From Hyphomicrobiales bacterium (GTDB lineage: Bacteria > Pseudomonadota > Alphaproteobacteria > Rhizobiales > TMED25), in NCBI GenBank assembly GCA_038131735.1, contig JAYPPX010000001.1, forward strand, positions 384,594 to 448,593: a stretch of DNA of 64,000 bases, written 5' to 3'. Made by a program: the position numbers and the translations under genes. This document shows positions 27,829 through 37,317 of this stretch, one piece after another. The notes under the pieces were generated by a model. The model had not been told where the DNA came from and made no database searches. It worked only from the letters and a program-made list of their open reading frames with translations. The stretch's first letter is position 1. Every line of letters starts with the position of its first letter.

Positions 27829-28887
27829 ATGTCAGATAAATTTAAAAATGTTACAGAAGCACAATTAAAGGATTACATCAAAACAATACTTTTAGAGGTT
27901 GGGCTTCCAGAAAATGATGCAAGCATAGTATCTAATCTTATGACTGAAGCAGATATGCTCGGCGTTGATACACATGGTGTATTTAGATTACCACAGTACG
28001 TAAAAAGATTGATTGCTGGGGGTATAAATAAAAACCCAAATATAAGTATTGTGAAAGAAAAAAGTGCTATGGCACTGTTAAATGGTGATAATGCGATGGG
28101 GCATTTGGTCATGGAAAAAGCTGCAAATATTGCAGTGGCAAAAGCAAAGGATCATGGTGTGGCATGGGTTGGCGCTAACTCATCAAACCATGCTGGTCCT
28201 GCCTCACTGTATGCTCGAATTCCTCTAAAAGAAGATATGATTGGAATATATGTAGCTGTTGGTAGTTCTAACCATGTACCACCATGGGGTGGCACTGACC
28301 TACTTTTATCAACAAATCCAATAGCAATATCAATTCCTAGCATGAAGAGACCGCCTATTGTTTTAGATATGGCTACAACAGTTGCGGCATATGGTAAAGT
28401 CAAAGAAAAATTACAAAGAAAAGAAGAAATGCCTGTTGGATGGATGATTGATAAAGAAGGGAAACCATTAACAGATCCCTCCAGATCAAGTGAAGGCTTT
28501 TTATTACCAATTGGTGAAGCAAAAGGCTACGGTTTGGCTCTGATGTTTGGGATTCTTGCAGGAACTTTAAATGGTGCTGCATTTGGCAAGGCTGTAGTTG
28601 ACTTCAATGCTGATGCAAAAAGTTTTACAAACACAGGTCATTTTATTATAGCAGTTGATATTGCTGCATTTACAGATGTAGATCAATTTAAAAGAAATAT
28701 AGATGATGTGTGGGAGCAAATGAAAGGTTCTAATGTATTGCCTGGCTTTGACGAAGTTAGGTTACCTGGTGAAAGATCGAATAATCTTTTCAATGAAAGA
28801 AAGAAAAATGGTATCCCTATTCATGATAACTTGAAACAAGCGCTAGACCAATTATCAGAGCAACTTAATACAAAAAAGATATACTAA
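27829..28887 (+). CDS. Ldh_2-family (malate/L-lactate/sulfolactate/ureidoglycolate/Pyr2C-reductase type) NAD(P)H oxidoreductase
   Basis: DTHGVFRLPQYVKRL, SNHAGP and the LPGERS region are characteristic of the Ldh_2 family. Confidence 0.85.
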   Translation: MSDKFKNVTEAQLKDYIKTILLEVGLPENDASIVSNLMTEADMLGVDTHGVFRLPQYVKRLIAGGINKNPNISIVKEKSAMALLNGDNAMGHLVMEKAANIAVAKAKDHGVAWVGANSSNHAGPASLYARIPLKEDMIGIYVAVGSSNHVPPWGGTDLLLSTNPIAISIPSMKRPPIVLDMATTVAAYGKVKEKLQRKEEMPVGWMIDKEGKPLTDPSRSSEGFLLPIGEAKGYGLALMFGILAGTLNGAAFGKAVVDFNADAKSFTNTGHFIIAVDIAAFTDVDQFKRNIDDVWEQMKGSNVLPGFDEVRLPGERSNNLFNERKKNGIPIHDNLKQALDQLSEQLNTKKIY

Positions 28888-28893
28888 TTTTAG

Positions 28894-29355
28894 ATGGATC
28901 AGAATGAACTAAGACAGGCTTTTGGTTGCTTCACAACCGGTGTGGCAATTGTAACTACTTCAAGTGAAGATCTTGAACCTGTTGGACTAACAATTAATTC
29001 ATTCACCTCATTATCACTTGAACCTCCACTGCTTATGTGGGGAATTTCAAAAAATGCCCCGAGTATTGAAGCATTTAAGTACAGGAGACTCTTCGAGGTT
29101 AATGTTTTATCTTCTCACCAAAAAGATCTATTGAAAAAATTTTCAACTCCATCAAATGATAAATTTAATGATGTAAATTGGGAAATGAGCGATAATAAAT
29201 TACCAAAGATAAAAGAGTGTGTTGCAAATTTTGAGTGTGTTATACACTCAATATTTCCTGGTGGTGATCATGAAATAATAGTTGGAAAGATTACAAATTT
29301 TTCCTTTAATGATAAACCACCCTTGATATTATCAAGGAGTGGTATAATCAATTAA
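28894..29355 (+). CDS. Flavin reductase-domain protein (HpaC/RutF-like)
   Basis: LRQAFGCFTTGVAIVTT...GLTINSFTSLSLEPPLLMW is typical of the Flavin_Reduct domain. Confidence 0.85.
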   Translation: MDQNELRQAFGCFTTGVAIVTTSSEDLEPVGLTINSFTSLSLEPPLLMWGISKNAPSIEAFKYRRLFEVNVLSSHQKDLLKKFSTPSNDKFNDVNWEMSDNKLPKIKECVANFECVIHSIFPGGDHEIIVGKITNFSFNDKPPLILSRSGIIN

Positions 29356-29356
29356 C

Positions 29357-30319
29357 TTATGCTTTGATTGGATATATTGGTTTTTCCCCATTTAATACCC
29401 TAGCTACATCAGAAGCTGCTTTTGTTTGTAATTCTTCAAGAGCTTCAACAGAATAAAACGCAGTATGTGGAGCTAATATAACATTATCTCGGCCAATTAA
29501 TGGTGAGTCAGCTGGAAGGGGCTCTGTTTCAACAACATCTAATCCAGCACCGCCAATTTCATTATTATCAAGTGCTTTAATTAAATCTTTTTCATTGATT
29601 AGAGGACCACGAGCTGTATTCACTATTACCGCTGTTTTTTTCATCTTCTTGAATGCTTCCATATTAACTAAGCCTTTTGTTTCTGGAAGAAGGGGAGCGT
29701 GAACTGAGATAAAATCAGATGTTTCGTATAATTCATCCATTGACACACTTTTAACACCATATTTATCAAATACTTCCTGCGGAGCATATGGATCGCATGC
29801 GACCACATTAAAACCAAATGCTTGAGCCTTTGGTGCCATTAATCTTGGGATATTTCCGAAGCCAATTAATCCCACAGTTTTTCCTCTAAGTCTATAAATC
29901 GGTACGACTGCTGGCATTTCCCAACGACCTGCTTGCACTAATTTATTTGATTGAGGAATTTTCCTAGCCATTGAAATTATCATTGCCATAGCTTGGTCAG
30001 ATACCTCATCCAGACAATAATCTGGAACATAATTTACAGAAATGCCTAATTCTCCAGCAACTTTTAGATCAATGTTATCTACACCAATCCCAAATCTACC
30101 TATTGCTTTACACTTTTTTAGGCTCCTTAAAATATTTTCATTAAGTTTTGCGTAGGTTACAAGTATTGCGTCTGCATTTTCTGCTGCTTTTATGATATCT
30201 TCTTCAGAATTACTCGGAGCCTGTATAACTTCTGCATTGGCAGCTTCAAGCGCTTTTTTTGCAGGATCCAAAGATGGAAAAGGGCTATCAGTAACAACAA
30301 CTAGTGGAGTATTTTTCAT
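29357..30319 (-). CDS. D-isomer-specific 2-hydroxyacid dehydrogenase (CtBP/PGDH-like)
   Basis: GRFGIGVDNIDL, GLIGFGNIPRLMA, the catalytic region NTARGPLI...GAGLDV, and HTAF. Confidence 0.85.
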   Translation of the reverse strand: MKNTPLVVVTDSPFPSLDPAKKALEAANAEVIQAPSNSEEDIIKAAENADAILVTYAKLNENILRSLKKCKAIGRFGIGVDNIDLKVAGELGISVNYVPDYCLDEVSDQAMAMIISMARKIPQSNKLVQAGRWEMPAVVPIYRLRGKTVGLIGFGNIPRLMAPKAQAFGFNVVACDPYAPQEVFDKYGVKSVSMDELYETSDFISVHAPLLPETKGLVNMEAFKKMKKTAVIVNTARGPLINEKDLIKALDNNEIGGAGLDVVETEPLPADSPLIGRDNVILAPHTAFYSVEALEELQTKAASDVARVLNGEKPIYPIKA

Positions 30320-30330
30320 GTTTCACCTAT

Positions 30331-31320
30331 TTACTTTAGAGTTTCAGGGTTTACACAATTTGGTGGAGTTTTTCCATCAATTAGCGCTTCAATATTATCA
30401 ACTACTCGATGAGCCATTCCTTCTCTGACATCTTTACCAGCAGAACCCAAATGTGGTGCTAATACAACATTATCCATTTCAAAAAGTTCTTTTTCAATTT
30501 GAGGTTCATTTTCATAAACATCAAGCCCAGCACCAGCAATTTCTTTATTTTGAAGAGCTCTTACAAGAGCTTTTTCATCAATTATTGGACCACGAGCTGA
30601 ATTAACTATGTATGCTGAATTTTTCATGAGCTTAAACTCTCTATCTGAGATTAAATGAATGGTTTCAGGACGTTCTGCTGCATGGACAGAGACAAAATCT
30701 GATTGTTTAAATAGTTCATCAAATTCAACATATTCAAATCCATACTCTTTTTCTTCACTTAGTTCCATTCTGTTCGGTCCCCAGTAGAGGACTTTCATAC
30801 CAAAACCTTTACCCCTCAGTCCAGTTGCTTTTCCGATTCTACCTCTACCTCCAACTAGTCCAAGTGTTTTGCCTGAGACATCACCTCCAAGGAACATAGC
30901 AGATTGTGCCCCTGGGTAACCACCAGCTCTCACAAATCTATCAGCTTCGAGAATCCTTCGAGCTACGCATAACAACAATCCAAATGCAATATCAGCAGTA
31001 GCATCTGTTACAACCGCCGGTATTACAGTAACTGGCATACCAATCTCCGTCGCTCCCTTAACATCAATTCTATCTGGTGTAATTGATTGAGATGCCACAG
31101 CTTTGAGATTTGGATTAGCTTGCATGATTTTCTTATCAACAACATCATGGAGTAGGCAATATAAAATATCACAACCTTTAACCTCTTCGAGTAATGTATC
31201 ATACGGTATGATTTTTGATGCATCTGGGTATATTTTTAGCTCTACATCTCCTCTTGCTTCAAGTCTATCAATTGCACTTTGAGCAATTGGTTGAGTTATA
31301 AATATTTTTGTTTTTGCCAT
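30331..31320 (-). CDS. D-isomer-specific 2-hydroxyacid dehydrogenase (glyoxylate/hydroxypyruvate reductase-like)
   Basis: GLVGGRGRIGKATG, NSARGPIID, GAGLDVYENEP and PHLGSA. Confidence 0.85.
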   Translation of the reverse strand: MAKTKIFITQPIAQSAIDRLEARGDVELKIYPDASKIIPYDTLLEEVKGCDILYCLLHDVVDKKIMQANPNLKAVASQSITPDRIDVKGATEIGMPVTVIPAVVTDATADIAFGLLLCVARRILEADRFVRAGGYPGAQSAMFLGGDVSGKTLGLVGGRGRIGKATGLRGKGFGMKVLYWGPNRMELSEEKEYGFEYVEFDELFKQSDFVSVHAAERPETIHLISDREFKLMKNSAYIVNSARGPIIDEKALVRALQNKEIAGAGLDVYENEPQIEKELFEMDNVVLAPHLGSAGKDVREGMAHRVVDNIEALIDGKTPPNCVNPETLK

Positions 31321-31344
31321 AATCCAGTTCCTCTTTTTTTAGAA

Positions 31345-32589
31345 TTATTTTACTTCGATTAATCTCTCGTCAAATGGAGTACGAGACATGATGTGAGGTC
31401 CGTCATCTGTGACTAAAACCATTTCCTCAAGTCTGACTCCACCACCACCTCTTACACCATCAATCCATATTAGAGGCTCAACTGCGAATACCATACCAGG
31501 TTTGAATTCATATTCAGGCGCTCCAGGGAGTGTTTCACCAATATATGGTGGTTCATTTGCTCCTATACCAACACCATGACCAATGAATAGTGATAAAAAG
31601 CGTCCACCAAGTCCAAATTTAGATGCCTCATTAATAAGTGCATTGGCAGCATCTTTGTTTGTTCTGCCAGGACGCATTTCAGCAATACCAGCCTTCAATC
31701 CATAATAAACAGCACTATATACATTTCGCTGTTCTTTTGATGGGAAAGATGCCTGAGTTCCACAGTAAACGGTTCTTGCCATGTCACCAAAATATCCATT
31801 CCACGCTGCACCAATGTCAATAAAAACTAGGTCACCATCTCTTACAATTTTATCTGAGCAAATTCTGTTGGGGGGTGCCATGTGTTCACCTGAAGCAACA
31901 AAAGGAGTTGTAACATGCGAATATTCACCGCCCAGTGAGTACAATGTATGCATTGCGTTTGCTGCTATATCACACTCTCTAACACCTTCTTGAACTGAGT
32001 TGATAGCAGTAGCACAAACAGCATCGGCAATCGCAGTTGCTTCTTCAAGCATAACAATTTCTCCAGGCAGTTTTATCATCCTTGCATTTTGCATTGGACT
32101 ATCACCATCTTCTATGGATAGATCTGGGAAATATTCTTGCAAAGCTTTGTGGAAGATAACATTTGACTCATCTAAACCAAGTTTACCTTTGTCTATTTTG
32201 TACTTCTTGAGGACTGGTCCAAGAATATCTTTCACAAGACCGTGAATAAGAGCTTTCTCTTCAATGATTGGAATTGTATGAACTTCCTTGATCCAAGGCA
32301 TTGTTCTATCAATTCTGTCTCTTTCGCCTCCAGAACAGAAAAGTATTGGGTCTTCGTTTTCAATTAGTAATGCACCATTCAAACATGAAGATTTACCATG
32401 GATAATTTGAGGTCTAAGATCTGTAAGATATCTCTGGTTCTCATCTTTCCAAACAAGGATAGCATCCAACCCTGCTTTTTTGAGTTCAGCTCTAGCTTTG
32501 TCAATTCTCTGTTTGCGTAAATCAGCAGGGGAGACTCTCTCCTCGTAGCTGACATTGAACCCGCCACGGGCGTAATGATCTATCTTCAT
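31345..32589 (-). CDS. M24B-family metallohydrolase (Xaa-Pro dipeptidase / ectoine-hydrolase / DddP-like fold) with creatinase-type N-terminal domain
   Basis: All five M24 metal ligands are recognisable: FIDIG, GDMART, GHGVG, FAVEP and RLEEMV. Substrate is not assignable. Confidence 0.8.
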   Translation of the reverse strand: MKIDHYARGGFNVSYEERVSPADLRKQRIDKARAELKKAGLDAILVWKDENQRYLTDLRPQIIHGKSSCLNGALLIENEDPILFCSGGERDRIDRTMPWIKEVHTIPIIEEKALIHGLVKDILGPVLKKYKIDKGKLGLDESNVIFHKALQEYFPDLSIEDGDSPMQNARMIKLPGEIVMLEEATAIADAVCATAINSVQEGVRECDIAANAMHTLYSLGGEYSHVTTPFVASGEHMAPPNRICSDKIVRDGDLVFIDIGAAWNGYFGDMARTVYCGTQASFPSKEQRNVYSAVYYGLKAGIAEMRPGRTNKDAANALINEASKFGLGGRFLSLFIGHGVGIGANEPPYIGETLPGAPEYEFKPGMVFAVEPLIWIDGVRGGGGVRLEEMVLVTDDGPHIMSRTPFDERLIEVK

Positions 32590-32599
32590 GTCTTTTCCT

Positions 32600-33832
32600 T
32601 TATGATAGTGTTTCTTCAGCTATAGCTCTGAATTCATCATCGTTCATAAGCCTCTTATGCTTTAGACCCCAATCTTTGATAGCTAAAAGGATATCCATTG
32701 CTTGCTTATCATCTGCTTTTATTTGGAATCTATTTAATCTATCTTTAATAGAGTCAATACCAGAGCCTTTACCAATAACTATCTCAGGTTCAGCTTGCCC
32801 AACCATGCTTGGTCTAAATGGGAATAGTTCTGTTTGATTTTCATATCCGCAATTAATTAACCAGTTTGCAATGATACCAGACTCAACATTGAATAGATCA
32901 TCGCCAACTATCGGTCTATTGGATGGCACTCTCACACCAGCAAGTTCTGTAACGAGGTCAGCAATTCCTTTTAGTTTTTCTGTTTTAATGCCAATGTCTT
33001 TATTGTAAAGAGTCTTTAAAGCCATCACTGTTTCCTCTGTTGGAACGTTACCAGCTCTTTCACCCAAGCCAAGAACTGTTGAGTGAATCACCTCAACACC
33101 CATTGATACAGCCATCAATGTATTGGCAATACCAAGTCCGAAGTCTTGGTGGAAGTGAGCTTCGAGTGGAACTTTAATTCTTTGCTTGATTGCATTTACA
33201 AAATATGGCATTGCGTGAATTGAAGTTGCTCCCATAGTATCAACTAATGCCAGATGATCCATGTGCCCTTCATTACCAACTTTCTCAATTAAGTCGATAA
33301 CCCATTTTAAATCAGATCTTGTGAAGTCAATTGGGAAAAATACCACTTTCAATCCTTGTTCATGAGCATATTTTGTAGACTCAATAGATAGATCCACAGC
33401 TCGTTCAAATTCCCACCTATAACCTAATTCAATTAGATGCTGACTTGATGGAACTTCCATAACAACACCTGATACTCCTGCGTCGACAGCTCTTTGCACA
33501 TCATCAACCATGCATCGTGCGAATGAGAATATTTCAGGTCCAAGATTTCTTTTTGCAAGATCTGAGACAACTTTTGCGTCTTGATGTGAAACAACTGGCA
33601 TACCAGCTTCAATTCTATGGATACCAGCTTCAGCTAGAGCCTCAGCAATACGAATTTTATCATCATAATTAAATGCAACTCCTGTTTGTTGTTCACCATC
33701 ACGTAGTGTTACATCATGTATTTGTATTTTTTCAGGAAAATTTATTTCCTTTGTAACTTCTGGGGCGAAGTTCCATTGGCTAGTAAGCCACTGATCTGAT
33801 TTCCAAGGTGTATTTGACATATTCTCTCCCAT
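32600..33832 (-). CDS. HMGL-like DRE-TIM metallolyase (homocitrate/isopropylmalate/citramalate-synthase-like), 410 aa, without a LeuA-type regulatory domain
   Basis: IHDVTLRDGEQQTGV, EAHFHQDFGLGIANTL and GERAGNV. An alternative start lies at 33820. Confidence 0.8.
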   Translation of the reverse strand: MGENMSNTPWKSDQWLTSQWNFAPEVTKEINFPEKIQIHDVTLRDGEQQTGVAFNYDDKIRIAEALAEAGIHRIEAGMPVVSHQDAKVVSDLAKRNLGPEIFSFARCMVDDVQRAVDAGVSGVVMEVPSSQHLIELGYRWEFERAVDLSIESTKYAHEQGLKVVFFPIDFTRSDLKWVIDLIEKVGNEGHMDHLALVDTMGATSIHAMPYFVNAIKQRIKVPLEAHFHQDFGLGIANTLMAVSMGVEVIHSTVLGLGERAGNVPTEETVMALKTLYNKDIGIKTEKLKGIADLVTELAGVRVPSNRPIVGDDLFNVESGIIANWLINCGYENQTELFPFRPSMVGQAEPEIVIGKGSGIDSIKDRLNRFQIKADDKQAMDILLAIKDWGLKHKRLMNDDEFRAIAEETLS

Positions 33833-33934
33833 TGTAAAATTTTTTTAAGCATTAGTTTAAATGCGATAAATTCAATTAAAGTAAGATTAGTTATATATAT
33901 TTTTATCCAGATTTAGAAGAAAAAATTTAACTTT

Positions 33935-35320
33935 TTAATTTAATTTCTTTTTGGTTGCAATTTTATAATTTGGATCAATTTCAATAACTTTACTATGAAG
34001 GTCATTACTCTCTGAAATTTTACCCATGAGCAGTTTTATATCTCCTAGTATTGCATATCCATCAGGAGATTTTGGATTTATATCAATTAACCTATTCGCA
34101 TATAACTCTGCATCTGCATAGTTCCCTTGTTCGAATAGAGTTCTAATTTGCCATTTGAGGGCCTTTGTATTTGAATTATTGTGTCTTAATTCATAATCTA
34201 TGTATTCAATGGATTTTTCTATATTCCCCATTTGATAGTAATTTTTCCCAATGATGAAATATATATTTTTACTCTGTAAATCTGCATTTAAGGATAATGC
34301 TCTCTTTAAATCAATTTCCGCATTTGTATAATCTTTTAGTATGTTCAGAATTTGGCCTCTCTCAAAATATAAAAATGGATCAGATTTATCATTACTAATT
34401 AATTTATTATAATATTCTAATGCTTCTTCGTAATTCTTGGATTTAATATTTAGCTGAGCTTTCTCAAGAGTATCTAATGCTTCAGCATTTCTTATTTCGT
34501 TTACAAGCTCTGATATTATTTCAGAATTTTTATCAGCATCATCTAAAATAGAAATATTATATTTAGCCATATCAAATTTTTTAAGAGATCCAAGTAATTT
34601 TATTTTTTCGGTTAAGAATTTTGCATTATCCCTATCTCTCATAATTGCCTTGTTTAGACTTATTAAAGCTGAATTGTCATCGTTGTTGAGTCGTGATATG
34701 AGGTGGTTTAGATAATATGAATATGAATAATCAGGGTTAATCTCTATAATCTCATGGGTTAATTTTTTTGCTCTTTCTGTATCACCTATCATGATGTAAA
34801 TTTCAGCTAGTTGGGATATTGATTGAATATCATTTGAAGTTTCGTATTTTAAACCAGTGAGTATTAAGATAGCTCTAGTTTCTTCGCCGGATTTGAATAA
34901 TGCTCGTGAATATTGTCTTTTTGTATCAATTCCTGTCTTGCCAAGTTCTATTGATTTTTCAATTAAATTAGATGCTCTTGAATAATTATTCAAATTTAGA
35001 TCAATCAACCCTGCTAGGTAGAAAGTATCTGCGTTTGGTTTTCTATCCACCTCAAATAGTTTATTGATATTTTCTTTGGCTAATTGATTGTTATTAAGAG
35101 AATAATATGAATTTGCAAGAGCAAATAGTAAATCTTTTCTAGTCTGGTTAGTGTCCTCATTTAATGCTTTTTGGCAATTAGTAATTGCCGGTTGATGTAA
35201 CCCAATCTGAGAAAATTGGATGCACTTCTTAGCACTTACTTCATCAGCTTGAGAATATTGAATTAGTGGTAATAAGAAGAATGAGATTAGTAAGAATATT
35301 TTTTTTATAAACATTTGCAT
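33935..35320 (-). CDS. Secreted TPR-repeat protein
   Basis: Signal peptide (MQMFIKKIFLLISFFLLPLIQYSQA). TPR-like A/Y/L periodicity runs through the rest of the protein. Confidence 0.75.
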   Translation of the reverse strand: MQMFIKKIFLLISFFLLPLIQYSQADEVSAKKCIQFSQIGLHQPAITNCQKALNEDTNQTRKDLLFALANSYYSLNNNQLAKENINKLFEVDRKPNADTFYLAGLIDLNLNNYSRASNLIEKSIELGKTGIDTKRQYSRALFKSGEETRAILILTGLKYETSNDIQSISQLAEIYIMIGDTERAKKLTHEIIEINPDYSYSYYLNHLISRLNNDDNSALISLNKAIMRDRDNAKFLTEKIKLLGSLKKFDMAKYNISILDDADKNSEIISELVNEIRNAEALDTLEKAQLNIKSKNYEEALEYYNKLISNDKSDPFLYFERGQILNILKDYTNAEIDLKRALSLNADLQSKNIYFIIGKNYYQMGNIEKSIEYIDYELRHNNSNTKALKWQIRTLFEQGNYADAELYANRLIDINPKSPDGYAILGDIKLLMGKISESNDLHSKVIEIDPNYKIATKKKLN

Positions 35321-35396
35321 TAGTTCTATCTCAATTAAATGATTTAAATATTATAGTAAAATTACTTGATAAATGAAGTATTAATAGCTCTTTGCA

Positions 35397-36272
35397 TCAA
35401 GCTCTTCCAAAATAATCAATTATTTTATCAATTTCTCTCAAATAAAACTTGTTTTCCAATATTGCGTATTGCATGAGTGGAATAATCTGATATATCAAAA
35501 TTTTGAAGTCCCAAAATTCATCACTGATTTTATTTATTTCGTTATAGCATTCGTAAAAGCCTCTACCAAATGTTCCATTTTGATAGATATATGCCAACTC
35601 ATATTCATAGTCTCCATAGAATATCGCAGGATCAATTATTTGATATCTATGAATTTTAGCTTGTCTATTGATTAATATATTTCCTCTCCAAATATCACCA
35701 TGCAAAAGAGAGGGGTGACTTGGCTCTGGTAAATTCTCTATTATTACTTCCCTAAAATTTTTGTACTTATTGTATCTTATGTTATCGATTAAGGATTTAT
35801 TGAGTAATATCTCTAGATAATAATCATATCTATTCTCTAAAAAGAATTTAGTCCAACTTGAAGATTTTTCATTATTTTGTAATAAATTACCTAAATATGT
35901 GGAATATCCATAACCATAAGACACACCTTTAATTGAATGTAATTCTGAAAGAAATTTGGCAAGTATTTCATAATCGTCAATTGCAGGGACATAATTTTTG
36001 TCATTTTCAAAATACTCCATTAGCAATAGATCTTTATCAGAATAATAAATCTTCAAGGAAATAAATTTAATATCCCGCAGGTCCTCATAAATCTCTTTTA
36101 AAACTTTTAGCTGGTTTGTGGGTTGTTTATTTATTTTTAAAATATATTTTTTATCACTAGTATTAACCAGGTACGTTTCAATATCATACTGCATTGATAA
36201 AATAGTGAGGTTTTTTATTACTGACTTTGATGGTAAAGCTCTCTTAGATTTGAGTACTTGAAGTATATCCAT
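35397..36272 (-). CDS. Fructosamine/ketosamine-3-kinase-family protein kinase-like phosphotransferase
   Basis: LLHGDIWRGNIL...IDPA catalytic/Mg loop pattern, as in the fructosamine-kinase/APH fold. Length is 291 aa. Confidence 0.7.
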   Translation of the reverse strand: MDILQVLKSKRALPSKSVIKNLTILSMQYDIETYLVNTSDKKYILKINKQPTNQLKVLKEIYEDLRDIKFISLKIYYSDKDLLLMEYFENDKNYVPAIDDYEILAKFLSELHSIKGVSYGYGYSTYLGNLLQNNEKSSSWTKFFLENRYDYYLEILLNKSLIDNIRYNKYKNFREVIIENLPEPSHPSLLHGDIWRGNILINRQAKIHRYQIIDPAIFYGDYEYELAYIYQNGTFGRGFYECYNEINKISDEFWDFKILIYQIIPLMQYAILENKFYLREIDKIIDYFGRA

Positions 36273-36275
36273 TAT

Positions 36276-37295
36276 TCATCCCCACAACGAACTTCTTGCA
36301 ATTGAGACTTTGTCTGTGTCATAAGATAGAGCGGGATCTCTATCTTTCTCCAGAAATAGAGGCCCATCGTGATCAATGTAATCTGCGTAGTATGCAATTA
36401 TTTGAGAAGCAGCAATGCCTAGAGAGGTACAAAGCATGCATCCTGACATAATTTTTAGATCTTTTTTTTGGGCTGCTTTTACCATATTCAGCGCTTCTGT
36501 TAATCCTCCAGATTTATCTAACTTTATATTAATTGCACCATAATATTGACTAATTTTTTCGATATCACTCGATATATGGCATGACTCATCAGCGCATATG
36601 ATCGTTTTTGCTTTGATATCTTTTAGCAAAAAATCAAATTCAACTTTCATTGGTTGTTCTATCATTTCAATACTAAATCTCTCTGCGTACTCTAAGTATT
36701 TGCCCATATCTCTGACTGGTATTGACTCATTTGCATCAACAACAACTCTCTTTTTTGGGTATAAATTTCTTATATTACGGATCTTGATATAATCATTCTC
36801 AGTGCCATCAAGTTTTACTTTGAAAACTTCATAGTCATTATATTTTGATGCTCTTGTCATTGTTTTATCAAGAGATGAAAGATCCAGGGTTATCATTGTT
36901 GTTAAATTTTTTGGTCTTTGGATTTTAAAATAATCCCAAATCGAAAGGCCATTTTTTTTTAAATAATAATCCCATAAAGCAATATCTACAGCAGATCTTG
37001 CGGGGCTTGGTATAAAAAACTCAGAGAGATTATTTTGGTTGATAATGGAGTGATGTTGTTCAATTGTTTTTTTTATTTTGCTGAGTTCAAGCAATTCCGT
37101 TTGAGTATTTCTACTATATCTCTCATTGGGGGTGCATTCACCAATACCATGAAATTTTCCATCTGTGATCTCAACTTTAATAATATCCGCGGTATCTCGA
37201 GATCCTCTTGAAATAGAAAAGCCATCATTTAATTTAAATTTTTCAGGATAATAATTTAATTTTAACGCATTCATTGAAGATATTTCTGGCGTCAT
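36276..37295 (-). CDS. Enolase-superfamily dipeptide epimerase (L-Ala-D/L-Glu epimerase-like)
   Basis: KVKLDG (KxK), VVVDANES, IEQP, CADES and NIKLDKSGG. This is the expected order of catalytic and metal residues for MLE-subgroup epimerases. Confidence 0.75.
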   Translation of the reverse strand: MTPEISSMNALKLNYYPEKFKLNDGFSISRGSRDTADIIKVEITDGKFHGIGECTPNERYSRNTQTELLELSKIKKTIEQHHSIINQNNLSEFFIPSPARSAVDIALWDYYLKKNGLSIWDYFKIQRPKNLTTMITLDLSSLDKTMTRASKYNDYEVFKVKLDGTENDYIKIRNIRNLYPKKRVVVDANESIPVRDMGKYLEYAERFSIEMIEQPMKVEFDFLLKDIKAKTIICADESCHISSDIEKISQYYGAINIKLDKSGGLTEALNMVKAAQKKDLKIMSGCMLCTSLGIAASQIIAYYADYIDHDGPLFLEKDRDPALSYDTDKVSIARSSLWG

Positions 37296-37317
37296 TAATA
37301 TTGTTTTCTGGTGTGTA

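Noticed and set aside
31345-32589. The M24 protein as a creatinase, as its N-terminal domain suggests.
   Set aside because: All five M24 metal-binding residues (D, D, H, E, E) are retained, whereas creatinases have lost them. From sequence inspection alone I cannot choose between prolidase, ectoine hydrolase and DddP-like functions.
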